A stretch of DNA of 64,000 nt. Origin: Azolla caroliniana (taxonomy: Eukaryota; Plantae; Polypodiophyta). The stretch covers positions 3,100,001 to 3,164,000 of the forward strand of contig JBHGNT010000006.1 in NCBI GenBank assembly GCA_043228905.1, in the 5' to 3' direction. The position numbers and the translations under genes were made by a program. How positions within the stretch are numbered: the stretch's first letter is position 1; each line of letters begins with the position of its first letter. Positions 34,301 to 48,244 of this stretch are shown in pieces. Under the pieces are notes generated by a model. That model was given only the letters and a program-made list of their open reading frames with translations. It was not told where the DNA came from and ran no database searches.

Positions 34301-37300
34301 GAAATGCTGCATTAGCATCTGTATAAAGCCAAAATTACCTATGAAACTGAAGCTATAACCATCAGCTGATACATTATATAACTGTCCGATAGAAGCTAAA
34401 GAGAGATAATAAGAATGCAGGATATTATTGCAGCAATAATCCACATAGAAGCAAAGTTCAAATAAATAGATTTTATCTTCAAATAGAATAAAAGTCAAGC
34501 GTGGACTGCATAGACTATCACATTCTTAAATGCACATTTTCATTAGTAATACTATTATATTACTGGTGCAAAAAACATCAAGCCTGTGGGTGTGTTGGGG
34601 CGTGAGAAGAAATCTCTGAAACAAATTGTCTACAATGCAAAAAGTTTTTCGCCAACAATACAACAACAATCTAGACAGATATTTGTGTTTGTGAGTGAAT
34701 GCACATCCATCTATATCAACATCTGTGTATGGAAATGATGACCATCCCACACTAATATCAATACAATCAAGCTACTTTAGATTTATATCCTACATTCTGG
34801 TTTCTTGTGGGGTAACCTAGGCATTCTTGTGTTACCACTATCCGAAAGAGACTATTCTTTGAATCAATGCTAATTGCTCGTAAGTGTGATAAATATGAAC
34901 TTGCAATTACTTTATTATAGTTCCTCACATTGAGGTTTGCACTGATAAAATGTTTGCAATACTGTCAGATAAAGAGGATATAAGCATGCAAGTATCTTTT
35001 TACATGTAAAGGAGTTTTACATATATAAATGCATGCATAACTATAAAAAATGAAATAGAGTTAATGATTAAAATCTAAAATACACAAAGAAGTTATCCAG
35101 ATTAAAAATGCATGCCTGACAATGGAAGATGTTGAGAATATGTCATGGCCACACAATTCTGAAAAGCAACATCTATGTCATCCATGTTGAAAAGGTCAAA
35201 ATTTGACACAGCCTGTAAAGCCCAAGTTAGAACTCAATCCAACTGTTTAACGTGTAGTTCCAAAAATCAGCAATTGCTACACATTCTTGCCTTCCTTGTG
35301 AGAAAATGATCATACATATACATGAGCCCCATTTTGTTGACTGGTCGAGTGCAATAAATAGGAGCTGTAAGTCCAAGTTTTTTCACTGCATACGGCAAAG
35401 CCCCAAGATGGAGTGTATCCGGATGAGAAAGCAGCACAGCATCAACTGTAGAGGCTACTCTGAAGAAGCGGTGCAAAAAAGACAAATTATAGATATTCTA
35501 TTGTAGTCCTGATAAGTTCTCTTGAAAGTTTTCACATAATACATTGGTTTCAGATGCGAAACACTGAAAGCAAGGAACAAGGTGTTATCCTCTATCCACC
35601 TTAGAATACATGCAGCATTGAAAATGATTTTACATTGAAACTTTAAACCCCTGATCAACACATGAAACCCACTTGAAAAAGCCCACACAGATCAATTAAG
35701 AAATGATTCACACACAAAATGCAACTACATTCCTGCTCTAGGCCAGAGATTCACATGATATGTTGATAGCCTTGTTCTAAGGTTGCTCAGTTCTTCAACC
35801 TCTTACATTCAGAATTGAAAAGAAACATAATGATGAACTGAAGAACATTCAACAAACCCTAAAGATGGCTATGCACATTGAACATCCTAATTGTTTTGGG
35901 GAAGTACTTGTTAAAATTCATGCATCTTTAACTATAATCTGTGAAAAACAACCATGCACATTGTAAATATTCTTTACAAAAGAAATTTACACGTAAGTAT
36001 TTTCCAGCTGATAAAATATTCCTAACAACGTGGTTATGGTTCTTTACTCATTTTCGTGGTTAGGATCCAAAAACAGAATAAGCCGTGTTCTTGTAATCCA
36101 ATCAAGTCATGCATCATTCTATATTCTGAGCTTCTATGAATTTCCGAATAGGAGTAGGACTTTATATTGACTGTGCCTGTCATGTGACCTAATTCTATGT
36201 ACAAATTACAAAACCCACCCCCTGCTGCTAAGTCCATTTTTGACACTCTCCCCTTTGTTCACGTACAACAATATCATATCAACAATGGTTCGGCTATATG
36301 TGCCATTCGTAAAGATGTAGTCAGGCTTGACAAGCCTATGAAGCAACTCCCTTATCCACACCTCTACCCTAGCATGTGCATCCTCCCATGGCTCACTAAA
36401 GGCAAATTCAACATGTCAAATGCTGTGTAATTGGGTTCATCTCATGTTGCGGTAAAAGCCCTATTCCAACTAATTCGTAATAAGGGTGGCAGCCTGAGCT
36501 GTTTCTTATTTTGTGCCACCTATGCTGTTATAAAGGTGACGGACTATGCTCAATCTACTATGTAACGAGGGCGGCAACCAAACAAGCTATAAACTCACTT
36601 CTTTGTGCCTTGCCTCTCCCAGGGATCATCCCTGCCCTTGAAACCATGTGCATAATTAAACAAGCTATCAACTCACTTATTGTGTGCCTTGCCTCTACTA
36701 TGTAATAAGGGTTGCAACCAAACATGCTATCAACTCACTCATTTTGTGCCATACCTCTCCCAGGGATCATCCCAGGCCTTGAATCTTTACCATAACCTTC
36801 TGTCTTTTTCTCTAAGTTGGCAAAACCCAAGCAAAGCAACTATGGAATTAATTCCAAGAAAGTATCAGAATCTATAGCTAAACCATCATAGAGAACAATG
36901 ATGTATCTTCCCTCTTCTACAGGTATATAAGCCAGCAGAGAGAACCTTTTAATTTATTATGTACTTTGAAACCAGCACTAATCTGAGAATTTTTGTCTTC
37001 TGCCTGTAAACTAAAGCATAAAGTCGTACTGATTGGACCATAGGCTAATTCCAACAGGCACCAGAAAAAGAATCAAGCAAGATTTATCTTCACCTTTAAC
37101 TATAACGACCCAAATTTCTGATGTAGACACTTTGTCATGAGAAAAGAAGAGAATTAAGATCCTACCACACCCCTCTTATCATAACACAGACGTATCTTGC
37201 CAACAGTTCATCCTGATGCATAAGAATGGAGCTCCCAAATAGGGCATGCATCCAATACCCTCTCTCTCTTTCTAAATATGCAATGATGCTATTAACAAAA

Positions 37301-38640
37301 TAGTAACCGTAGATTGCATCCTCAATACTATGACATTTAATCTTTTACATCATGCCATGTGCTCATTCCTAGCCTCGTGGCTAAGCTTCTCACTATTTAG
37401 CATGCCTTAAGCCTCTAATTTTGTGCTCCCTTTATCCTGTCTTGTCCATCTTTATATTTCACTGAGAAACCGTAATTAGAGATTCATACTGATTAGCTAG
37501 GTTACATTGAGAATCTGTTTCACCGGTACTACTGTCCTTCAGGTTTGGAGAGTAGAGATTTCACTTGGCTCAGCTTGTCGGTATTAACAATAAAAGCTAT
37601 AGGTTTCTTACTGAAAGTGAAGAGTTATTTGATGCCTAAGGTTCCAGATACATTCTTCAGCAAATAGAACAAAACTGTAGATAGAGGTATATCTTTCCCT
37701 GAGAAACCCTCGTACCAGAGCTCTAATGACCTGGAAGGTATATCATTCATTAGGAAACACTAATTTTCGTGTTAATATTGGCATCCTATGGATCTTGTTA
37801 AAGCTTAAATAAATATGCAAACAATATCAAAAGATGCAAACAATCCCTAAAGTTCATTCACTGTTCTCAAAGAATCGATGTTGATCATGAATCGGAAAGT
37901 ATAAATTTCACTGCAATACTTAAATTTTCTGGTACATTCACAAGAACCAGAAAAAGAGTATGCAAATAATGATATCACTTTCACTGAATGACCCAAATTT
38001 CAGAGCTATACAGACTAGAATATATATTGTTCACTGAAAGACCATAATTTTGGTGTTACTAATGAGTGAAGGACACGTATTTTCAGTGGCAAACCCTAGT
38101 TTCAGGGCCAACACTGGTTGGCATGTCACTTTGTAAAGTTTGAACGCAAGGATGCAAATAATATGAAAAAACACATATGAACCCAAACATTTTAAGTACA
38201 TTCTCCAGAAATAAAAGTCCATTGTGAATCAAATATATATTTTTCATTGAAAACCCCAACTTCAGTGCTATCACTGATACGGAAGATTTGGTTTTCACAG
38301 AGAATCTCTCATTTTAGAGTTGTAATGAGCTAGAACTTAGCTCCCACTGAGGATCCCTATATTCCCTGCTAACACTGACCTGGAAAGCATATCATTTACT
38401 GAGAGACCCTGGCTTCAGTGTTCATACTTGCATGGAAAAGGCGTATATTTCTCTGAGAAACTTTAATTCAGAGTTAAATATGTATACTGACCTGGCGAGG
38501 GGTTGCAAAGCATCAACGTTGAGACGATCATCCCAGCCACAATCCAAAAGGAAGCGAAATCCATCGACATCGAGAAGGTAGCAGAGATGGCTCTCAGAGT
38601 ACACTCCGCTCAGAGGTGTGAGCTGTACGCTTGTTCCCAT
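28309..38640 (-). CDS. CPSF100: Cleavage and polyadenylation specificity factor subunit 2 (CPSF100), ~738 aa, 18 exons
   Basis: Exons 38492-38640, 35291-35459, 35116-35212, 33963-34089, 33787-33902, 32236-32330, 32001-32152, 31812-31869, 31561-31668, 31033-31276, 30454-30650, 30256-30354, 30076-30174, 29089-29217, 28969-29013, 28705-28872, 28465-28542, 28309-28395 total 2217 nt. Motifs: [53 protein letters not shown]. Confidence 0.95.
29266..29408. repeat. Intronic tandem duplication, 76-bp unit x2
   Basis: ttgtaaatttgaatgat...atttatatgaccatcccaaaaatat.actgaattgaacaatggaaaa at 29266 and 29342. Confidence 0.85.
31477..31552. repeat. Intronic tandem duplication, ~41-bp unit x2
   Basis: taatacaata..cagtagaaaatgcacattacattca repeated directly. 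Confidence 0.8.
36555..36785. repeat. Degenerate tandem repeats in CPSF100 intron 1
   Basis: aaacaagctat.aactcact...tgtgccttgcctct occurs three times; ctctcccagggatcatccc occurs twice. Confidence 0.7.
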
Positions 38641-39979
38641 AGCTTCTTTTTGTCTTTTCTTCTTCGCTTGTTTCTTTGCTACCTTCCTTCCTTCTCTCGT
38701 CTACTTCCTGCTTTCTGATTTTCCTCTTCTTCTTCTTCTTCTTCTTCTTTTTCTTCTGCAGAGAAGCTCGAAAGGAAGTTTGAAAGAAACAAAAATATGT
38801 GTGTCTCTCTGTTTTGAGTTTTAGAGAATTTACAAACGGATACCCCTCCCTGACTTTCTTCACAAATTACCATCCATACCCCTGCTCCTCACATCACCTA
38901 AATTTTAACCAATGAATACTTTATATGAGTTGTGTAGAATGAATGGGATGGGGCTACCGGAAAAAGCCCCCCATGTGCACCACTTCCACATGTATCTTGT
39001 TATTGTCCGCGTGCTTTTTGATGCCAGACTTTCTGTGAAAACTCATTACCAATAGAGAGCAATGCAACAAAAACCATCTCCCTCACACAACATTCTTTGT
39101 CGCTGTGTACATGCACACTTTCAAACATAGACTTTGCTAGGTGCAGTGCAAGAAGAGAATATATATGCCATCTGTGTGAAGGCCCCACCTCCCTTTCTGT
39201 TCTTGTAGAATGTATAATTGATGCTATGTTTCATAAGGTTGAGCCCCCATGGTGAAGAAAAAGAAGAAGATATAGTGTGTGTTGAAGGTAAGGATAAAAG
39301 GGACTCTGAAATAAGGTTGACATTTTCCTTCACTTCCCCATATGCCCTTAACATCTTTGTTATCTCACCCCCTTGCATGTCCTCCCAACAAATTACATTT
39401 GTTTCTAGTTGTGGTCACATGCATCGGTCCCCATTTAATATTTAGCGATCGAGCAACGTGGTGGGCAGGCCAAGTGGTAGAGTGCATCCTCGTGTTGTCA
39501 TCATCGGCATGTGTCAAATCAACATTGCCTTGCCTTCCCTCTTGAATGGCTTACCCAAGATTGTTCTCTTAATTGATGTTACTATTACATAAATTGATTA
39601 CTCAAATCCCCCTCCAAGTCTTGTCATTGTACCTATGCAAAACCACTACAGCTATGAAGCCATGCTAAAAGTTTGTGTTGAAAAATGTCATAGATGTAAG
39701 CTCCTAAGCTAAAAAAAATACAATAAAACATATGGCTTCAAGCATGATGTGACTACCTTGATGGACTATTTTCAAGTTTCTAACATTCATGGGATTTTTA
39801 CCTAATGCCTTTTAATTCCTCAAATCACTCACTTCCCTTTACTGTGGTGAAGAGATTTGATGGCACTTGTTCACGTTAAGAACCCCTTCTTTAATGTCAA
39901 TTCCATGATGTATACAATAGGATTTCATGAAGGTTATCCAATACAAAAAGAAACTCTTAATATGAATTTGTTTTGAAAC

Positions 39980-40500
39980 AAGTTATTGTGTCCTTGCATT
40001 GGGCATGTTGGTTATGTCTTGGAATCATTGTATTTCAATTGTCTTTGCTTCCAACAAAAAGGGTGTCTAGTACAATCGTGCATGTTATATAGGGGTATAT
40101 ATGCACACATATGCATGAAATCAACATCAACAGGATTTTTGCACACCACCAACCCTATATTGATAAAAAAAAACACAATGAGATATAGAAAACAGCCAAG
40201 CCTTTGCATAATGTTGAAGCAACTTACCTTTGCTATGTTGGGCATATGTTGAGAGTGTTACTTGACCCAAGCTTCAACAAAAGAAGCTAACATAGGCTAC
40301 TTCAACATGCATGTGTATATCCTAATGAGAGACCATATAATATTTCTTTGGCTATCTCCTCTTGCACCTATCCTAAAATGCATATATCTTGAGAATCAAT
40401 ATTTCAACTTGGAATATCATGGAGCACTTTGTGATGGCCTCTCATTTTACGAAATTTTCCATATATAATGATGGGCCATTTTGTTTTTCCAAATACTGGG
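39980..40500 (+). mobile_element. Probable LINE ORF2 3' relic
   Basis: Broken, hydrophobic ORF fragments with loose similarity to LINE ORF2 C-terminal Cys/His region. Weak call. Confidence 0.35.
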
Positions 40501-42043
40501 TTGTTTTAGTTGGATTTTGTGGATAAAAATTCAAAGATGAGATGGTTGAATTGTATATAAACACCATAAAGTTTATAGCTCATGATTTCCAATAGTTTTC
40601 AATACAAACACCTCAAAAACGCACATTCAAATTCAAACATTAGGATAAACATGATAAAGTTGTTTTTTGAAATAAGAAACATGAATCACCTACGTATTGA
40701 TGAAGCACAAAAATTATGATGTCATGACGTTTCTGACATATTGTGGCTAAACCTAGTATTATAAACTCATTGTAAGGGTGCATATTGTTATCTTTTTTTG
40801 GCTCTCATCTCTTTAACAAATCAGAAAATTTGGGAGTAACATTGTCCGCATGAACAAACTCACTATATAGCCATTACCCAAGTTTTTGTGTACAAGTAAC
40901 ATGTACAGTAACAATTGTGTACAGTTTTTTGAGCACATCCAACCTCATTTGCTCGGATAATCTATCCATATTCGAAATTGTTATCCCGATATTCAATTAA
41001 ATTTTCCCATATCAAACTAGTTAAAAATCTAATCAACTTACCCTAAACTCGGATCATTCGGTCATTCCTCCAATTAAGTACTTCCCTTGCAAATGGAGAA
41101 CCATGAAATACAATATTATTCTTACCACCTAAAAAATCACTAAAAACTGATATACAGACCACATGGTTGTTGATAACAGGCTACGAAAAAGACCCACCCA
41201 GATATCAGAACATACATTACTCACATCAAATTTCTGCGGAAATAATAATTTTCTCGATTAGTAGACCTGCAAAAAAGGTCATGTTCTTCATAATTAGACA
41301 CATTACACTTGGTTAATGTTCTTTGAAAGGAGACCTATCACATGGCACACTGGTTTCACAAAAGCCATAAAAGAACATAGCCCCATAAGGCTTGTAAAAT
41401 GAGCACCATAAAAAATCAAGTACAATTGTAAAACTAAGTCTGCAGTATAGGCTGTCAAAATAAACGACTCTCCCGGGATTGTATTCCCAGAAGAATCACA
41501 AAGCTTCTGTGACTGAATTTTGAGTACCAGTAAAAATGTAAAATAGCTTCTGCCTGGAACATATCTCGAGAGGAGCTCTATTCCTTAGAAAGAAAATCAC
41601 AAAACTTCTATGGCTGTCAGCACTCACGTCTCAAAATATATATACACACACATGTCACACCACAATCCTATGTGAATATTGATGCCACTGTCCATGATGA
41701 CGAGAGATGATGGATAATGAGGATGAGGATGACAACGATAAGAACATGGTCAATGACAAGGATCAGGATCAGGATGATGGCACGAGGATACGGATGATGA
41801 CATGAGGATGCTGACATCGATGAGGAAATTTGATGATGATGATTTACGAACGTTCAAGTACACAATGGGTGGCTGCAAGTCACGTGTAATTGATCCCCTC
41901 TGCAAAAGGACTCTTCTCTAACGAAGGGGCTTTTTGCATAGGGTGACGGTTAACATCATGGCTGGAATTAGTACATATGACCTCCACTCTATATATGCAA
42001 AATTCAAACTAGAGACTGATTTGCTTCTAATCAAGAGGCTTTT

Positions 42044-44944
42044 TCACTTTATCTGACGACGGTATGCTCGCGGACGAGGAAATTTACTTAGAGTAAGCTC
42101 CTTTCTTCTCTTCCGAGCTTGAGCTGAAGCAAGAACTGCCGCATACGACTTTCGGCCCATATACATGTGGAGAGGGAAAGACCCCTTTATTGCCATATCT
42201 CCATTACAAGCATAAGGATATGCATATAGAGGTGGAACCATATAGCATTCTGTGTTAGGCATATGTATTGATGAATCCCTTGCTTGAATTGGCAACTCAC
42301 CCACATCCTTTTTATGTGGATCTACACTAGGAGCCATTTGAGAATCATCTTGTGGGCTTTGATCAGGAAGGGAATCTCCACCTTCACCATTCACTATACA
42401 CCTTTCCACGCATGTTCCTTCCATAGAATCCCCTGTAAATAGCATGCTTGTTTGCACTTTCAAAGCTGGCAAACTAAGTGGCTGTGAATCAATCCTTGTT
42501 GCAAGCTCTAAATTTCCAGGAGTACTTTCTCCTAGCTGCAATATACAACATTATTAAGGTACCTTTGAGATATTTCTTCATAGCAGCAAAATAGTACAGG
42601 AAAAATCAGTATCCTTCATAATCTTTTCCAGTTGGGTGAAACAGATTCATCAAAAACAAGCAATGCCTAGTTTATAAACGAGCTTTATTTCCTAGTACAA
42701 ACTGAACAATCCAACTTCAAGTATAATAAAGAACTTGATGTCATCTATGATACATTTGCCCGAAAATTACTTATAATAATGTACCTGCTGTTTAAGCTGA
42801 TAATTCAGTTCCTTTAGGGCATATAGATCTTGCATAAGTTTCTCTCTTTTCTGCAATATTAGGACATACCATTCAAAATAACCAAATAAAGACTAATATG
42901 AGAGCAGACAATAGAAAGGCTTTTATTAACCAACCTGCTTCATGCTTTCATTTTCTGCCACAAGATTAGATGCTTTCTTTGTTAATTCCTCACATAAAAT
43001 CTGCAAACAGTGTTAACGATCAAAATCACAAGGAAAGATGATAGCAGCTATGCTTATTTAACTGTATATAAACAAATACACAAAGATATACCTGTTTCCT
43101 TCGGATAGTTTGTCTTGCAGATTCTCTATTTGCATGAATTCGACGCAACCTCCGTGCATCTTTTTCATTCTGAAAACAAAAAAGACACCAGATGCACCAA
43201 CTAAGTCATTTTGAGGTCTAAAAATACCCACTACATATAATTTCAAGACCTGACAAGATATTAGACACTGAATCACCATGTGAAGGCCTTGCTGACATCC
43301 AACTGAAATTGTAATTATGAGTAAAATGACTGTATGCAAGGTAATGGTAAAGCTTATGCTTTACAACTTTAGAGTCTGTTACTATATTCATTTGTATAAA
43401 GCATTCATACTTTGACATGGAGATGATTACAATAACAGTTAGCACTTTGCTCCTTGAAAAAGCTTCATAAACAAAAGCATTATATACAAAAATACAAACA
43501 AAGCAATGATAAGAAACTAAAAGGCCTACCTCGGTCAACAGACTCTTAGGCTTGTTTACAACCCCAAAGCCAGCCTCCTGACTAACTTCAGATACATTTG
43601 AAGCCACACTCACCAAGCATTTCACAGCTGCCTCTGTTAATCCATAGTCCTGATTACGTACATCCTTGATGTCCATATCTAGTTCATATAATGGCTCAGT
43701 TTTTACTGGTGACCATATCGACAAAGTATTGGGTTTGTAAGCTTTCAATTTACGTCGGGCAGACATTTTACTAGGCCTCCCAGCTAAGCTCTTGCAATGA
43801 ATTTCTTCAATCTACACCAAGATTCACATATAAAATTGTTATATCAATCACTTTATCAAGATATGGCAGTTAATTCCATTCCTTCACTTCAAAAAGACAT
43901 CTTATATGAGTGTCCATGAATGTTGGAACAAATGCACAAAATACAAATGGTAGAAATCACATCAAGCACTAAAAATTACATACCATATGAATCAGTCATG
44001 AATGATGTAAATGCGTCCACTTAACAGAGTGAATCAATTCACGGAAGTTATATGAGTTAGTCAAAAATATTGTAAAAGTCTATTGTAACAAGAATGAACA
44101 TATACGTGTGTGCGCATACACATGTATAAATACACACATACATGCCTAAATGCACAGATGAAAAGTGTACCTTAGTTTTTGGTTGGAGCACTGAAGAACT
44201 ATGCATAGGTGGTGCTAATGAAGTTAGCACCCTCTGGAAGGCAGACTTAGCTTTGGGGCCACCATCACAAAGAGGTAACCGTGTACAAGAAACCTGCAAC
44301 GAGGGTAGCGGAGAGCTAGGGCTTTCTGCTCTTGAATCCAGAAATGAGTGCTCTTGGGCGTCCATTACACTGTCATTGTCTTCCCTATCTGAAATCGAAC
44401 CCGACCCTGAACCTGGATCTTTACACAGAGACCTTGCAATTTTAGTGACATATGTAGGAGCAGCGCTTTGGAGCAACTTCGAAATATCACCATCACTACT
44501 ACCATCGGAAACCTTCACATTGCTGATGTCAGCCCTAATGCTTCCGGGACCAGCCCACCTATGGCCACCAATGTAAGCATTCTTGCTGCTGGCGTCAGCC
44601 CTAGTCGACCTCCTCCGTTTGCCTGACCACTGTAGAGAAATGCCCGGCATTGCTTCTTGGCAGCGAAGTTGGGCGAGGCGCGAGAACTCTGCGAGTGCTT
44701 CCGCAGCATCGAGCTCTATCTTCACAAGCCTATTGAGACGTAGCATATTGTCATCATCCGAGTATGCGGCGGCGGAGGTGTACTCTTCATCTTCTTCATC
44801 TTCCACTTCGGCCTGTTTTACAGGGTTAGATGAACCTCTAATAAGCCCTTTCGGGAGCATCACGGCTGCGTCCTCTATAAACGCATTACGGAGAGCAAAA
44901 TCTTGGGGGAACCTTGTTGAAGAAGGCAAGGGCAAGACTGACAT
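42044..44944 (-). CDS. Group J bZIP transcription factor (bZIP62-like), ~585 aa
   Basis: Exons 44171-44944, 43530-43811, 43092-43169, 42935-43000, 42785-42850, 42044-42535. Basic region RRLRRIHANRESARQTIRRKQ has Ile at the usual R/K position. N-terminal ELDAAEALA and C-terminal AQARKRRKELT motifs as I recall from AtbZIP62. Confidence 0.88.
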
Positions 44945-45120
44945 AGCTCTCTCTCTCTCTCTCTCTCTTCTCTCTTCTCTCTTCTCCCTTCTCTACGCTG
45001 TATGTAGGAGAGCTTATCTGTGGAGGTTGTGCTGGGAATGGCGAGCTCTCAGAGGAGACCCATCAGAGGTATGAAGCGGATCTCAGGTCAGGAAGAAAGC
45101 GAGGGCAGAGAACACAGGGC

Positions 45121-45164
<44 letters not shown>

Positions 45165-45212
45165 ACAGACGAAGAGAGGGAACAGAGAGAGGATTGAGAA
45201 ATTAGGGCAATC

Positions 45213-45251
<39 letters not shown>

Positions 45252-45373
45252 CAGTTTCTGTGCGCTCTCTCTCTCTCTCTCTTCCCGCCTGTGACGAAGG
45301 AAGGGGGGTGGCCCATCACCGTTCGATCGGATGCATCCAACGGCGCTGCTTTGCTCGCTCCCCGTCCCCTCAA

Positions 45374-45464
45374 ACGTGTCCTACCCACCTCACCTCCACG
45401 TGGCGTCCCCGCTACGCATAACACTTGTCAGGCCACGTAGGACGCCACGGAGGACTCCACGTCA
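45374..45464. promoter_or_regulatory. Cluster of ACGT elements (G-box/ABRE/hex) upstream of the bZIP gene
   Basis: ACGTGTC 45374-45380, CCACGTGGC 45396-45404, GCCACGTA 45432-45439 and CCACGTCA 45457-45464 in a GC-rich promoter patch. Confidence 0.6.
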
Positions 45465-47724
45465 GCCGGCACTCCGCCCAAAGGCTCCCCCCCCCCCCCC
45501 CCCCCCCCGACCAAATAAATTAAGACGAAGAAGAAGAAGAAGAAGCTTTTCAACAAAAGAGACAAAGACATAGAGAGAGAGAGAGAGAGAGAGAAGTAAA
45601 AGGAAGGAAGGGGGCTTTTTTTTGTCAGCCTTTTTTGTGTTTCGGGGGTGTCTTTCGTGTCCAAAATATGTATGCTTCGAGAACGTGAAGGCGAGCTAAA
45701 TTGATCCATTCGCCCGTTGTAGCCCGTCCCGTGTCTTGGTTCGGCTGGTAATCGCATTCACATCCGTGGCTTCAATCCTTGGCTCAATTATTCTCCCACC
45801 CCCCTGGGTACCTGTGGGTCCTGCTTAAACCCTCGAGAATTCCCAAACGGACCTATGTATCTAAAATCCATTTTTCCCATCTAATAACAGCTACAATTTT
45901 TGTTGGCAACCTTTTGTTGTGCCAATATTGAATTGTTTCTTCATTGATTCCACAGATTTACCACCTTCCTATTGCATGAAAATAATATGAATCTTATGAG
46001 AAATACCCCCCAAATTCATGAGATTTTCACAAACATAAACATATATTTCTCCCACATGTTTTGCCTTATATGAACATATCCAAGCATAAACATATATTTC
46101 TCTCACAAGTTATGGAATTAGATCGATGTTGTTTTGTGAATCGAGACACATTTATCTGGAGTACTCTAACATAACTAATGTCATGAATATAGCCAATGAC
46201 CTAGAAACTCGATACCAACTATATTATTGATCTCAGAGCTTTTTTATAAAGGTTTACATAATCTATTCCTATCTCTACATTTGGGTTTGTGGTTTTGCCC
46301 AAATTTGTATAAAGTAAAATATCGTTGAGGACATGTTGTCTACATCTTATAGGTGTGGACCGTGGCAATATCACCAAAGTATGCAAGCTTGTGATGTTTA
46401 ACAATATACTAAAATGCAAAGCAAATGGCATCCACTCTCTAGTAGATTAAAAAAATTAATTCAAAGCTCCTAAACTTATCCTTCATCATTTCTAGCCATA
46501 GTGTGAATCGAGTGAAGCACCAACGACCAAGAAATTGATTGTGTAGATTATCATGTCTCTAGGACAACCGTGTTTCATCTATAACTTGAAAATGGGAATT
46601 ATTGACAATAATTGACCCTCACCCTCAACATGCCTACCCCAAGGACAAAGAGTTTAAGAACATATTAAGAAGCAACTAATAAGCCAAATCAATAAATAGA
46701 ACAAAAATGGTTGAATATTATATTGATGCTTTCATAATAGATAACTAACCATGTATGTAAGTTAGTCCCCGGTTTATCAAAGATGTTGATTTAATGCTTT
46801 TGAGAAAATGAGAAGGAAGTATTTAAGGAGGTCTCCATTTTATCACCATACATAACTCAACAATTGTGGTGAAACACTAAGCCTAGCATGTGTCTTATAT
46901 TATGTGAATCTAAGTAAGAGCACAAGTGAAACCGAATCTAAGATAGAGTCAAATGTATGAAGTTGTCTAGGATAACATGAAATATAAATAAATGTTTCAC
47001 CCAATTTACTTAACAATGCATGAATAATTGATTGATTAAAACCTATACAGGTTTAAATTATAAGCAAACATATGTGATTTCTAGCATTGATCAACGATAA
47101 TATTAGAGAAAGTAGAGTCTTAGCTTGAATAGTGAACATTACACAATGCCTCACAATAAAATAAGGAGGCTATTTAGCAAATCTTTGAATAGTGAACATT
47201 GCTATCAATGGGATTGATATTGATGCAAGTTCATAGGTTATTCATATTGCCCATAACATGAAATCTCTTGGTGAATCTTTTGTATGAAAATCTCTTAGTA
47301 GATCTTTTGTATGGATCAAATGAGCAATTTGAATAATAATTGGTACATCATCTATGGAAGACTTCCTTGAAAAGTCTTTATAGAATGCATGCTATACATT
47401 GCTATCAATGGGATTGATATTGATGCAAGTTCATAGGTTTATTGATCATTTTCCTAAACAAAATGTTGAATACCATGCAATGATGTTTTACAAAACTTGC
47501 CAGGAAAGTTTACAACATATGTTGAATACCAATCACATACACTTGTTTCCACCATGAGTCCGGCTTCATTATCTTATATTCCCGAGGGAAGTTGATACTC
47601 TTTACATATGCCAATTGGCAACCAATTACAGTACAGATTTTAATTGATTTACTTGTCCTGGAGGATTTTTCTGATTCTAAAAATATTGAGTCTAAAGCTG
47701 ATTTTCCCTCATACTGTGGGTTGC

Positions 47725-48194
47725 TTAGAGGAAGGACCTCATCCGGGCCCTAACAAGAGATTGCCCACCATCAACAAAAATCACAGTTCCTGTCATAAAA
47801 GAAGACATGTCTCCACCTAGGTATAGAATCATCGATGTCAGGTCTCTCGTTTTATCTCCCCATCTTCTCAATGGAACGATTCGTTCCCCTTCCTTCCTTA
47901 TAAGATTATTATCAAGGGGTTTCAAAAGTGTGTCGGAGTCAACCAGACCTCTCGCAATTGCATTAACTCGAATCTTATACTTCCCCAACTCCATTGCCAT
48001 GGCCTGATCCATCAGACATGATTCAGATGATAGCTCTGCTCTATGTGTATGTGCAAGAAAGATATATTAACGCCTTTTAGAGGACAAAATGGCCTATAAG
48101 ACTGTTAAATGTAACTACATAGAAAGTAAATGAAAAAGTGACTAAAGAATCTCATTATCTGACTAATAATTCTCAAGTCAGATAGATTGTATGG

Positions 48195-48244
<50 letters not shown>

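Noticed and set aside
47196-47440. 44-bp duplicated segment (acattgctatcaatgggattgatattgatgcaagttcataggtt) and other short duplications at ~10862, ~19173 and ~57784
   Set aside because: Ordinary local slippage or repair duplications with no further structure.
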